A stretch of 64,000 nucleotides of DNA, taken from NCBI GenBank assembly GCA_943788915.1, contig CALSSD010000005.1, positions 310,001-374,000 of the forward strand. Direction: 5' to 3'. Position numbers and translations under genes: made by a program. The DNA comes from an uncultured Acidimicrobiales bacterium (GTDB lineage: Bacteria; Actinomycetota; Acidimicrobiia; Acidimicrobiales; UBA10347). The notes beneath the pieces were generated by a model. The model saw only the letters and a list, made by a program, of their open reading frames with translations, was not told the DNA's origin and ran no database searches. Of this stretch, positions 48,840 through 58,052 are shown one piece after another (within the stretch, counting starts at the first letter, position 1; every line of letters starts with the position of its first letter).

Positions 48840-50585
48840 CTACCAGTATTCCTCGAAGTGGATATTTCCCGGATCACCGCGACGGTCGAGCTTGAATCCC
48901 CGTTTAGTCAACAGTTCGACCACGCCGGTGACCTCGGGCCATTCCTCTGGGTCACCTTCGGGCAGACCGATCATTGACGGATTACCGCACAGGAACACGT
49001 CGGTGGTGTCTGGGTCGAGGTCGATTCCGCAATGAGTCACAAGCATTCCCTTGCTAATGACATCTTGCAGATACGTCTTGGGGAAGTCGGGCTCGCGGGT
49101 GGGCAACGGCAGATAGTGATAATTGGGGTACCGAGCGTCGAGCTTTTCGTGCTCACTCCGGTAGCCGAGATCGTCCCATTGGCGGACGGTCACCGCAGAA
49201 ACCATGGGCCCATGGTGGCCCTTGCGCAGCAACTCAGTCACCATCGCATTATGTGGTGCCTCGCCGGTGCCGGTCGAGAAGAAGACACACGTGCGTGCCG
49301 GGTCCACCACTGGCTTCAGGGTGTAACGCCCGGCCACTTTGGAACCAAGGAAGATCCGGTCGCCTGGGCGTTTCAGCGCCAGTCGAGGTGTGAGTCCGGG
49401 CACATTGTCGTCGGTGGGCGCAACCAGCACGATGTAGAACTCCAGTTCGTCGCCAGATGCGTAATCGGAGAGATAACCATGCTCGTCGAACATCGGGCTA
49501 GAAATCGAGTACGACCGCCGGATCATCTTGAGCCATTTGTCATCGAGGCCAAGGTCGGTCGCGTCGTCGATGCGAGGCTCCCAGTAGCCCAGGCCGAGCG
49601 TGGCGTATTGGCCAGGCAGGTGGGAGGTGTCCCCATGGTCGGGGCGGACCTTGAGCCGCCATAGGTCTGAGTGTGTTGGCTCAAAGAGCGTGATCGTGGC
49701 GTTGTAAAAGTGCTCGGCCAGTTCGTCGGCCAGGGTCGTGTCCTTGCTCCAGGTGCCAACACCGTGGGGTTGCACAACTACTTCAGGGAAGCGAGCTGCA
49801 GCGACCGATGGCCACAGGTCTGGACCGAAAGCGCCATGCATGTCGATCTCTTCGGCCTTGCCCGAAAACAACCAGACGCCGTCTGAGGCTTTGGCAGCAT
49901 CGGTCACGCCAAGCGATACCAGGTCAGCGGGAGCACGGCTGCTGGCGAACACGATGTGATCAAACTCAAGATCGGGGGTGCGCCGGTCGGCGAAGTAGGC
50001 CATGGGAAAACCGTCGCGTTCACCAATTGCATTGGGGGTTGAGCGATAGAGCACCGTGGCTCGACGTTCGCGCTCGAGTGTCGCAAGCATCTCGCCAGCG
50101 ACAGGTGACAGGCGGGCTGGATCCAAACCGTCGGCGGCCAGCACCACGTTGGCGCCCGCAGCCGCGAGTTGTGCAGTGACTTCAACCGCATGATCCGACA
50201 CGCCAATCACCATCACGTCGGCGTCGCCAGCGCTTGCTGGCAGGTTGTCGACGGTGACTCGTTCGTTGGCGGCAACCTCGATCGGCGGTACTGAGTCGTG
50301 CAGATAGGTGCGCTCGCCGATGATCACTGCGCGCGCCTTGCGGCGACGGCGATTGCTTTGGACGATAATCATGCCGTCGTCGTCGACATCGATCAGGCTC
50401 ACCATCTCGCCATAACCAATACCCAGGTCGTTACGGCTGATGACTTCGGGCATAAGCACTGAGTCGCCTCGGTCGAGGATGAACACTCGCTCGATGCCAG
50501 CGCGATGCGCAGCCTCGGCAACCGAGAGTCCTCCAGCCGTTGCGCCGATGACGATGAGATCATGAGTCGTGGTGTCTTCTGCCAT
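48840..50585 (-). CDS. Ferredoxin/flavodoxin--NADP reductase fused to an N-terminal degenerate thioredoxin-reductase-like domain
   Basis: C-half: GQY..LG, RRSYSISS, G.LTPRL, STGTGEAP, FLCGNP.M, FEEYW; N-half: DLIVIGATAGG and DVMVIGVSDHAVE Rossmann-like segments. Confidence 0.82.
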   Translation of the reverse strand: MAEDTTTHDLIVIGATAGGLSVAEAAHRAGIERVFILDRGDSVLMPEVISRNDLGIGYGEMVSLIDVDDDGMIIVQSNRRRRKARAVIIGERTYLHDSVPPIEVAANERVTVDNLPASAGDADVMVIGVSDHAVEVTAQLAAAGANVVLAADGLDPARLSPVAGEMLATLERERRATVLYRSTPNAIGERDGFPMAYFADRRTPDLEFDHIVFASSRAPADLVSLGVTDAAKASDGVWLFSGKAEEIDMHGAFGPDLWPSVAAARFPEVVVQPHGVGTWSKDTTLADELAEHFYNATITLFEPTHSDLWRLKVRPDHGDTSHLPGQYATLGLGYWEPRIDDATDLGLDDKWLKMIRRSYSISSPMFDEHGYLSDYASGDELEFYIVLVAPTDDNVPGLTPRLALKRPGDRIFLGSKVAGRYTLKPVVDPARTCVFFSTGTGEAPHNAMVTELLRKGHHGPMVSAVTVRQWDDLGYRSEHEKLDARYPNYHYLPLPTREPDFPKTYLQDVISKGMLVTHCGIDLDPDTTDVFLCGNPSMIGLPEGDPEEWPEVTGVVELLTKRGFKLDRRGDPGNIHFEEYW

Positions 50586-50878
50586 GACTCAGTTTCCCAC
50601 AGCAGGTCAAGCGCACTTCGACGCAATTCGATGAAAGAACAGCCGATCATGGCGTCAAACCCAATTGTTAACATCTCTTGGATATCAACAATTGGTTTGG
50701 CAGTGAAAATTGCTTCGGTAGTTCCGCCACTCACGAAGAATAACTATTGCATCTACGGTCGAGACCTTGGCGCCGTTGAGGCTGGCGGTTTCGTGGTAAT
50801 CCGCCCTTGCTCCGCAAACGCTGCCCAAGCTAATGGCGCAGTAATCCCGGCCGTCCGGCGACCATTCGTGCGTTCTCC

Positions 50879-50898
50879 GGGGTCTGACCCCGCGTGAC
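50879..50898. repeat. GGGGTCTGACCCC REP-like element
   Basis: GGGGTCTGACCCCGCGTGAC identical to part of the 22071-22097 element, just 3' of galM. Confidence 0.75.
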
Positions 50899-50905
50899 AC
50901 GGTGG

Positions 50906-51907
50906 TTACACGACGGCGCCAGCGTCTTCGTCGCTGGTGAAGAAGGTGAAGGTGGAGGATGCCAGGTAGTCCTGGCCAGGGCGGACGGTGCAGTCACCAA
51001 AGTCAGGGCGATTCGGCGTGTCGGGCAAACATTGCGTTTCGAGAGCAATACCGCGGCGGCTCGGGTCCAGATGTTGGCCGGTATAGGCCTGCAGACCGAT
51101 CTGGTTGGTCGCGATATCGATGCGTCGGCCGGACTCGTGACGAAGCGTCGCCTGTGGTTTGGCATCGGCGTCGAGGACGAAACAGTGGTCGTAACCTCCT
51201 GCTTCGACCACGGCTGTGAGGGAGCGACCGCTGTTGCAGTTGAAGCGGCTTCCACTGACAGCGGCTGGTGGGCCGGGCACCGGGATGTTGGCAGCGTCAA
51301 CCTCGACATAGGCAGCGGCTGCGACGGTCAACTCATGTCCGTCCAGAGTGCCTTCACCAGCGAGGTTCCAATAGACGTGGTTGGTCATGTTGACCGGCGT
51401 TGGTTCGTCGGCCGTGGCTCGGTAGCTGATCGTCAACTTGTTACCGGTCAGCTCAAACGTGACACTTGCTTTCACCTTGCCGGGGAAGCCCATTTCGCCG
51501 GCTTTACTCTTGTGACGAAGCACGACACGCCCGGTGTCACCATCGGTCTCGGAATCGGCCGACCAGGCGAACGCATTGAACCCGTCTGGTCCGCCGTGCA
51601 GCTGGTTCACGCCTTCGTTTGACTCAACCTCGTACGCAACACCGTCGAGTTCGAAGCGGGATCCGGCAATGCGGTTCGCATACCGGCCAACGGATGCTCC
51701 GTGATATCCCGTGCCGTCAGTCGCGCCTGGCGGGTAGCCGACATTGATCTGCAGTTCCTCGTTGTCTTCGAGCCGCAACACGACCGAAGCCAGATGCGCA
51801 CCCAAATCAGCGATTGTCACCGCCATCAAATCCGAGGTCAACTCGTACCCCATTGACTCGGCGCCTGGCCACAACTCGACGCCAACCCGGCTGATATTCA
51901 TCGACAC
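50906..51907 (-). CDS. galM: Aldose 1-epimerase (galactose mutarotase)
   Basis: G..VGRYANRI, LHGG..GF, GFPG, NMTNH.YWNL, DHCF, Q.YTG, LETQ..PD.PN. Confidence 0.93.
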   Translation of the reverse strand: MSMNISRVGVELWPGAESMGYELTSDLMAVTIADLGAHLASVVLRLEDNEELQINVGYPPGATDGTGYHGASVGRYANRIAGSRFELDGVAYEVESNEGVNQLHGGPDGFNAFAWSADSETDGDTGRVVLRHKSKAGEMGFPGKVKASVTFELTGNKLTISYRATADEPTPVNMTNHVYWNLAGEGTLDGHELTVAAAAYVEVDAANIPVPGPPAAVSGSRFNCNSGRSLTAVVEAGGYDHCFVLDADAKPQATLRHESGRRIDIATNQIGLQAYTGQHLDPSRRGIALETQCLPDTPNRPDFGDCTVRPGQDYLASSTFTFFTSDEDAGAVV

Positions 51908-52022
51908 GCCCGGACCTTACCCTGCGCGCCCCCGCCATCGCCGCGACGTGAACTCAAGCCATGCAACCCGTTGGCTTCCAATCGATTGCCTCGACTCAAC
52001 AACTATCACCGATCTGACACCT

Positions 52023-52325
52023 TCAGCCGAACGTGAGTCGAGCCACAGCAGTGGCAGCCATTGCCAGGACGATCACGCCGATGAATGGCACCTTGCGCCA
52101 CGTGGCGAAGAGCGCAACGACAAGCCCTGCTACCCGAGCATCGAACACCAGGTCCGTGTCTCTCTCGAAGGTTTGCAGCGCGATCAAAGCACAGAACAAC
52201 GCCGGTGGAATCAGTGAGATCGAGCGACGCAACAGTGGGTGTTCGATGCGATTGCCGACCAACACACCGGCCAGCTTGAAGCCATAGGCGCCGGCAGCCA
52301 AGACAAGGATTGCTGCCCAACTCAC
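52023..52325 (-). CDS. azlD: AzlD-family branched-chain amino acid exporter small subunit
   Basis: Small hydrophobic protein, Y..KL.G, P.AL..AL, DAR; overlaps azlC. Confidence 0.85.
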   Translation of the reverse strand: MSWAAILVLAAGAYGFKLAGVLVGNRIEHPLLRRSISLIPPALFCALIALQTFERDTDLVFDARVAGLVVALFATWRKVPFIGVIVLAMAATAVARLTFG

Positions 52326-53020
52326 GGCGCTTCCTCCGCTGTTGTTCCGGGGGAAACCGCAACAGGGTTAGGCAGGAGCAGCGCGGGGATGATCGCTAAC
52401 GCTGCCAGCAGAATGGGTGCGCCGGCTGGCGTCAATGGCACCGCCACGATTGCGATCGAAGCACCGACCAGTCCAGCCACGCGCCCGGGAGCAGTCGCCA
52501 GGTGCGGACCAAGGAGCGCAACAAACGATGCGGGGAACGCAGCATCGAGGCCATACACCTCGGGGTCACCAATGGCGTCGCCGACGACAACACCGACTGC
52601 AGTGCCCAGGTTCCAGAAGAAGAAGAGTGCTGCGCCAGTCCACCAGAACGCCTCGGTGGCGGCGACCTCGTCGTCCTGCGCAACCGACATTGCCGTGGTC
52701 TCATCTATCACCCAGTGAGCACCCGGGATTCGTTTCCAGCCGTGCTGGGTCAGACGTTCACTCAGCCGCATGCCGTAGAGCGAGTTGCGGGCCGCGAGCA
52801 ACAATGCCCCGCCAACGGCCGACACCGGGGAACCTCCACTGCTCATCACACCGACAGCGGCGAACTGCGATGCGCCGGTGAAGACCAGCAGCGACATGGC
52901 CATGGCCTTGATCAGCGGCAGCCCCGCCGTCGATGCCAAAACACCAAAGGTGATGCCGACAAGACCCACTGCGGCGCCGAGAGCGACTGAATCGCGACGG
53001 TGAGTGGAGGCAACGGTCAT
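52322..53020 (-). CDS. azlC: AzlC-family exporter large subunit
   Basis: FG.LA, SLLVFTGASQF, RN.LY, IDET.A, WN..T..G, GLDA.FPA.F. Confidence 0.9.
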   Translation of the reverse strand: MTVASTHRRDSVALGAAVGLVGITFGVLASTAGLPLIKAMAMSLLVFTGASQFAAVGVMSSGGSPVSAVGGALLLAARNSLYGMRLSERLTQHGWKRIPGAHWVIDETTAMSVAQDDEVAATEAFWWTGAALFFFWNLGTAVGVVVGDAIGDPEVYGLDAAFPASFVALLGPHLATAPGRVAGLVGASIAIVAVPLTPAGAPILLAALAIIPALLLPNPVAVSPGTTAEEAP

Positions 53021-53146
53021 CGAAGCCGAAACGGTAGCGGGCCCACCATCGAAGCTGAAGCGAATTGCCAGTGTTCCTTCATCGCCTGCAGTCTCACACT
53101 GGCTACACATGTGAAGAACGTGCGCCCTGTCACCTGGGTGCGTTGG

Positions 53147-53794
53147 CTAGGGGTTTTCCCGCCAGTCGTTTGGGTCGCGGCCGAGTTCGGCGAAGCGACG
53201 TTCGATCCAGATGGGAACCTCAGGCATTTCGCCAGCGCGCGCCCGCTCGATCAGTTCACTTCCCTCGGCCCACACATGGCACGTATTCAGATTGAGCTCG
53301 AAGTGCGCCGGGCCGCTTCCGCCCTCTGCACCTGGATCAAACGGGTTACCACCTTCGCTACGGCGGTCGTCCATGCGAACCGACCACATGGCCTGGACAA
53401 CCACAGGCGCCATCGCCTGCAACAAGGCAGTCGTGTGGGTGCACGCCCGGGGGCCTCCGAACAATTCTCGTACCTTGCGATTGAAGCCACGGGCAACGCT
53501 CAGACCGACCAACTGGCTGTAATGCCCAGTGATCGACGGACAAGCAGCATGCGGATGTGTCCGAAACTCGACCTGGGCATCGGTGATCTTCAAATCATCG
53601 ACCCGGACCCGCAAGATCACCGCCATGTGATGGATCTCGAGTGGGTCAGGATCATCGTCGACATATATGCCTGGAGGCTTCACGTCTTGCACCGAACCAA
53701 CAACAACCATGTGGTCATTGTCTCGGTACACCTTGGTGTCATAACTGCGGGTGTGCAGCAGCGTGAGCTCTTCGAGCGCGATTGTCATGGGCAT
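53147..53794 (-). CDS. DUF2889-family protein
   Basis: LHTR.Y, D.KP, HHM, P...CP, L.G....GF, GG...CTH, N.CH.W. Confidence 0.8.
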   Translation of the reverse strand: MPMTIALEELTLLHTRSYDTKVYRDNDHMVVVGSVQDVKPPGIYVDDDPDPLEIHHMAVILRVRVDDLKITDAQVEFRTHPHAACPSITGHYSQLVGLSVARGFNRKVRELFGGPRACTHTTALLQAMAPVVVQAMWSVRMDDRRSEGGNPFDPGAEGGSGPAHFELNLNTCHVWAEGSELIERARAGEMPEVPIWIERRFAELGRDPNDWRENP

Positions 53795-53843
53795 CTTGAT
53801 ATCCCACCAACCGGGGCCGCGCCAACCCGACATAAGGTGCGAT

Positions 53844-54363
53844 ATGCGCTTCACTCCGGTCGTCGGGACACTCGCCTACCTTCTTGATTCGACCACCGAC
53901 CAAGTGCTCATCATCCGTCGTAATGCACGCCTCGACGATGACCACTATCGGCAAGGTGAACGGCCTTGGCGGCAAGGTCGAAACCGACGAAGACATCGCT
54001 TCGAGTGCCCGCCGCGAGGTCCTCGAAGAATCCAGCCTGGTTGCCACAAAAATGCAGCTGCGGGGCACGGTCACGTTCAGCGACTTTGGACCGAAGCGTG
54101 AACAGTGGCTGGTCTTCGTGTTCCTCATCACGAGTTGGTCAGGCGACTGCGCCACATCGAACAATGAGGGCACACTCGAATGGGTTGACCGAGTTCGACT
54201 TCTCGACGCCTGTCACGGCGGCGACGCTGCACAGGAGCTCCCGATGTGGCCGGGTGACAAACACTTCCTGCCACTGGTGTTCGATGGCGACGAGCGCCAG
54301 TTCCACGGGACCATGCCCTACGACGCCGACGTGCCAGTCACCTGGTCCTACGAACGACTCTGA
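53844..54363 (+). CDS. NUDIX hydrolase (8-oxo-dGTP diphosphatase-like), split by a +1 frameshift near 53949
   Basis: MRFTPVVGTLAY..VLIIRRN..DDHY joins GKVNGLGGKVE..REVLEES..EGTLEW..PMWPGD if one base is removed. Confidence 0.85.
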
Positions 54364-54390
54364 AAAGCGTGGAGCCCGGTCACGGTCGGC

Positions 54391-54450
54391 CCGAGCGGAG
54401 CGGTGGAACCCCGAGCGCAGCGGTGGAACCCCGAGCGCAGCAGTGGAACG
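54391..54450. repeat. Tandem repeat, 3 x 20 bp CCGAGCGSAGCRGTGGAACS
   Basis: Units at 54391, 54411, 54431 between convergent genes. Confidence 0.85.
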
Positions 54451-54514
54451 CGGTAGTTAGAAGCGGCTCGTCAGGTGAGCACCAAGGGGACCGTTGTCGA
54501 GCAAGGTGGCAAAC

Positions 54515-56050
54515 TCACCGAGCATCGACGGCCTTACTAAAGAGAAACCCTTGACCTCGATCAATCCCGATGCGGGCAAGGAAGTCAGCCTGACTCGGTG
54601 TCTCCACTCCTTCGGCAACCACGATCATGTTCGTACTGCGGGCAAAGTCAGCCAAGCTGGTGACCAGGCTTCGCACTCGCCAATCGGTATCAATCCTTGC
54701 AACATAGGAACGATCGATCTTCAGTCCATCAATTGGCAAGTCGCTCAACATCTGCAGAGATGAGTAACCAGCGCCGAAGTCGTCGAGCACAATCTGAGCG
54801 CCGAGTTCACGTAGCTGGTTCAGTGTCTGGCGAGTGCCCTCGAAGTCGTGGATGATGTCGGTCTCGGCAATCTCCAACCGCATGCCTTGGAATGGGCGAC
54901 CGGTCGGATCTTCCTCGTGCAAGGTCAACAGACTCGGAAGGTGAGCGGCTGCCACATTGAGTGCGACCGGAAGGTTGCATCCGCTGGACCGGCGCCACGC
55001 CCACAACTGACCAGCCATTTCAACCATCAGTTGTTCGAGCATGCCAGCCCGCCGGGCGACGTCAATAAAGGAGCTGGCGATCTCGACCCCGTCGGTTGTG
55101 CGCCATCGAGCCAGGGCCTCGGCGGCCACGATCTCGCCGGCAACCATGTCGACCTCGGGTTGATACCAGGCTTCGATCTGGCCGCCAGCTAGTGCATCGC
55201 GCAGCGCCAGTTCGGTGCGGACTCGAGCGTCGCGTTTGGCTCGTAGTGCGACGTCGGCGAATACGGCCTGGCCTCGGCCTCGCTCCTTAGCCTCATAGAG
55301 CGCGGCATCGGCATGGCGGTACAACTCGTCGGCAGATTCATGGTCGATGGACGCCGCCAGACCAATGCTGGTTCCAATGCTAAGCAGCACACCATCAATC
55401 TTGAACGGATCCACAAACTTGGCGAGAAGGCGATCGGAGACCAAGCCCAGATGTTCGAACGATGTCAGACGCCGCATCAGGACAACAAGTTCGTCCCCGC
55501 CCACTCGAGCGAGGACAGCATCCTCATCCGCAATGGCCCGTTTGATGCGCAGTCCCGCAGCCTTCAGCAGTTCGTCACCTGCGGCGTGGCCAAGCGAATC
55601 GTTGACAAACTTGAAACGATCAAGGTCAAGGAACAACAGCCCGACACTGCCGGCCTTCCCGCCGCTTGCCGTGAGCGCTTCGGCCAACTCAATATGCAAT
55701 AGGTCACGATTCGGCACATGCATAAGCAAGTCATGGCTAGCCCGATATTGCAGTTCTTCGTTCAGTGCCGTGAGGTCAGAAAGTCGAGCCAGTCGACGCC
55801 AGAGTTCTGCAGAAACTGCGCACGACAACACCGTTGCAACCGTGGCGACGATCAGCAAGACAGTTGACCAGTCGGCCGAACGAAACGACCAGACCACGGT
55901 AAGGGTAAGAACGAAGATCGGTAGCACTGCGATCACCAGGACGGTCATCCGGCGGGTTGCGGCGAGCAGGCCGGCGCGTTGTTCGTCGACGTGAGTGGTG
56001 GAATGTGCAGCGCCGAGCACTCGTGGAGTGGGAAGGGCGAGCACGGGCAC
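54515..56050 (-). CDS. Membrane-anchored GGDEF-EAL c-di-GMP signalling protein
   Basis: Two TMs, HD.L..PNR, DLDRFK.VNDSLGH..GD, ARVGGDEL, EAL.R, LDDFGAGYSS, KID, EGVE, QG; true stop probably 54457 after a +1 error near 54520; start uncertain. Confidence 0.9.
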   Translation of the reverse strand: MPVLALPTPRVLGAAHSTTHVDEQRAGLLAATRRMTVLVIAVLPIFVLTLTVVWSFRSADWSTVLLIVATVATVLSCAVSAELWRRLARLSDLTALNEELQYRASHDLLMHVPNRDLLHIELAEALTASGGKAGSVGLLFLDLDRFKFVNDSLGHAAGDELLKAAGLRIKRAIADEDAVLARVGGDELVVLMRRLTSFEHLGLVSDRLLAKFVDPFKIDGVLLSIGTSIGLAASIDHESADELYRHADAALYEAKERGRGQAVFADVALRAKRDARVRTELALRDALAGGQIEAWYQPEVDMVAGEIVAAEALARWRTTDGVEIASSFIDVARRAGMLEQLMVEMAGQLWAWRRSSGCNLPVALNVAAAHLPSLLTLHEEDPTGRPFQGMRLEIAETDIIHDFEGTRQTLNQLRELGAQIVLDDFGAGYSSLQMLSDLPIDGLKIDRSYVARIDTDWRVRSLVTSLADFARSTNMIVVAEGVETPSQADFLARIGIDRGQGFLFSKAVDAR

Positions 56051-56284
56051 AAAAGTTCGTCGCGGGGATCGCGTAGCGGACTTGAGCAAACCAACCCAGG
56101 TTTGTTGTCTCAGAGCGCGCCGGTTGCGTGTTGGTCGTCCGAGGCCACAGATCACAACATAAACCGCATCAGCAACACAAGCATCGCAAACACCGGGCAA
56201 TTTGGCGCCACCCACTGACTCCACCCTGTCTGGCCTACCGCAAACATGGCGCAAACTGCGTCAGCTGCGCCGCTCCGTGTCGAG

Positions 56285-56956
56285 CTACGGCCGCGGTCCA
56301 CCCAGCGCCATAGCAGCACCAGCGACAATAAGCCGATGCTCGGTTGCATGCAGCCGGGACGCGAAGTCGTCCAACGAATCACCGACAACGAACGGCACAG
56401 TCTCGGTCAAGATGACCGGTCCGACATCGACACCTTCGTCCGGAACCCAGTGCACCATCACGCCGGACTCATCGATTTCGCCGGCCACCCATGCCTCATA
56501 CGCCCGCTCGATCGACCGGATTCCCGGGAACTCTCCCGGCTGTGCCGGATGCAGATTGATCATGGGAAAGGCAGCGCCGACCTTGGCCCCCAGAATGCGC
56601 ATCCATCCGGCCAACACCACCAGATCCGGTTCACAGCTTGTGAGGAGTTCGATGAGGCGCCCATCGGCTGCGTGTCGCACATCGGGATCGCTGCCCGCGT
56701 GTTCGATCACATGGCAGGCAATGTCGGCCGCTTCGGCTCGCTTGATCACGCCAGCTCCTGGCCGGTTGGTGATCACCGCCACGACGCGTGCGTCCAGGTC
56801 GCCGTCATCGCAAGCATCGATCAGAGCCTGGCAATTCGTGCCCCCACCAGAGGCCAGCACGACGATACGACCGGGCTGACTCTCTGTTGCACCGGGCTGA
56901 TTCTCTGTTGCACCGGGCTGGGCCACAACGCCCGAACCGACAGTCGTGTGTGCCAT
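56285..56956 (-). CDS. purN: Phosphoribosylglycinamide formyltransferase
   Basis: ASG.GTN.QA, LAGWMRIL, INLHP, G..VH.V..EGVD.GP, EH; short QPGATE duplication at N-terminus. Confidence 0.95.
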   Translation of the reverse strand: MAHTTVGSGVVAQPGATENQPGATESQPGRIVVLASGGGTNCQALIDACDDGDLDARVVAVITNRPGAGVIKRAEAADIACHVIEHAGSDPDVRHAADGRLIELLTSCEPDLVVLAGWMRILGAKVGAAFPMINLHPAQPGEFPGIRSIERAYEAWVAGEIDESGVMVHWVPDEGVDVGPVILTETVPFVVGDSLDDFASRLHATEHRLIVAGAAMALGGPRP

Positions 56957-56965
56957 GACGTGCCG

Positions 56966-57997
56966 CTAAATATTCACAAGCTGGACACGAGCCGACGAAC
57001 CGTCGTAGGCCACGGTCTCACCAATAACCCAGGTCGCTTCATCGATTGAGGCCTGCACCGAGGCAACGTCGTCAGCCGCAACGATCAGAACCATGCCGAT
57101 ACCGCAGTTGAAGATCTGATGTGCATCTTCGATACCGAGTTCAGCGCCCTGGATCAGCCAGTCGAACAACGCAGGCCGCTGCCATGCGCTCACGTCGACT
57201 ACAGCACCAACATGTTCGGGCAGCACTCGGGGAAGATTGTCCTGCATGCCACCACCGGTGATGTGAGCCATCGCCATGAGCAGGTCCTGCTCGATAACCG
57301 ACGCAAGCACACCGTGATAGCTGCGATGGGTCGCACACAACGCGGCACCAATGGACTCGCCGTTGCCGCCAGGAAGCGGAGCGGTGAGTGGCGTGTCGCC
57401 GACAACCTTTCGAGCCAAGCTGTAGCCGTTCGTGTGCAGCCCGCTGCTCGCTACACCAATAAGCACGTGACCAGCTTCGATACCGGCCTTCGGAAGCAAC
57501 TTCGACCGAGATACCGCACCAACCATGGTGCCAGCGATATCGACAGCGCCATCGGTGAACACACCTGGCATCTCGGCCGTTTCGCCGCCAAGCAGAATGC
57601 AGTTCGATGCTCGACAAGCTTCGGCCATGCCGTCGACGATCCGCCCGACGATCTCTGGATCAAGGCGTTGCGCAGCGACCGTGTCGAGGAAGAACAATGG
57701 CACGGCTCCCTGCACGAGGACATCGTTAATGCCATGGTTCACGATGTCGCCGCCAGCACCTTCCCAAAGGTCCATAGCTGCAGTCAGCTTGGTCTTGGTG
57801 CCAACGCCATCGGTGCTAGCCACCATGAGCGGATCATCGATGCCGGCCAGAGATGCCAGGTCAAACACGCCACCGAAACCACCGATGCCGGACACGACGC
57901 GTTCATCGTGTGTGCTCTTCACCGCAGCCGAAATACGCGCAATCGTCTCGGCGCCAGACGTCAGCGAAACGCCAGCTGCTTCATATGCATCGCTCAT
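56966..57997 (-). CDS. purM: Phosphoribosylformylglycinamidine cyclo-ligase
   Basis: Y...GV, GGFGG, TDGVGTK, GGETAEMP, SSGLHTNGYS, HITGGG, FNCGIG. Confidence 0.96.
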   Translation of the reverse strand: MSDAYEAAGVSLTSGAETIARISAAVKSTHDERVVSGIGGFGGVFDLASLAGIDDPLMVASTDGVGTKTKLTAAMDLWEGAGGDIVNHGINDVLVQGAVPLFFLDTVAAQRLDPEIVGRIVDGMAEACRASNCILLGGETAEMPGVFTDGAVDIAGTMVGAVSRSKLLPKAGIEAGHVLIGVASSGLHTNGYSLARKVVGDTPLTAPLPGGNGESIGAALCATHRSYHGVLASVIEQDLLMAMAHITGGGMQDNLPRVLPEHVGAVVDVSAWQRPALFDWLIQGAELGIEDAHQIFNCGIGMVLIVAADDVASVQASIDEATWVIGETVAYDGSSARVQLVNI

Positions 57998-58052
57998 ACT
58001 GTCTCCAAATGTGATCTCCCCAGGAGAGATCACACTTCACTTATCTCAGGTA

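Noticed and set aside
56872..56920. 21-bp duplication at the purN N-terminus
   Set aside because: In-frame low-complexity duplication before the catalytic domain; unlikely to be functional.
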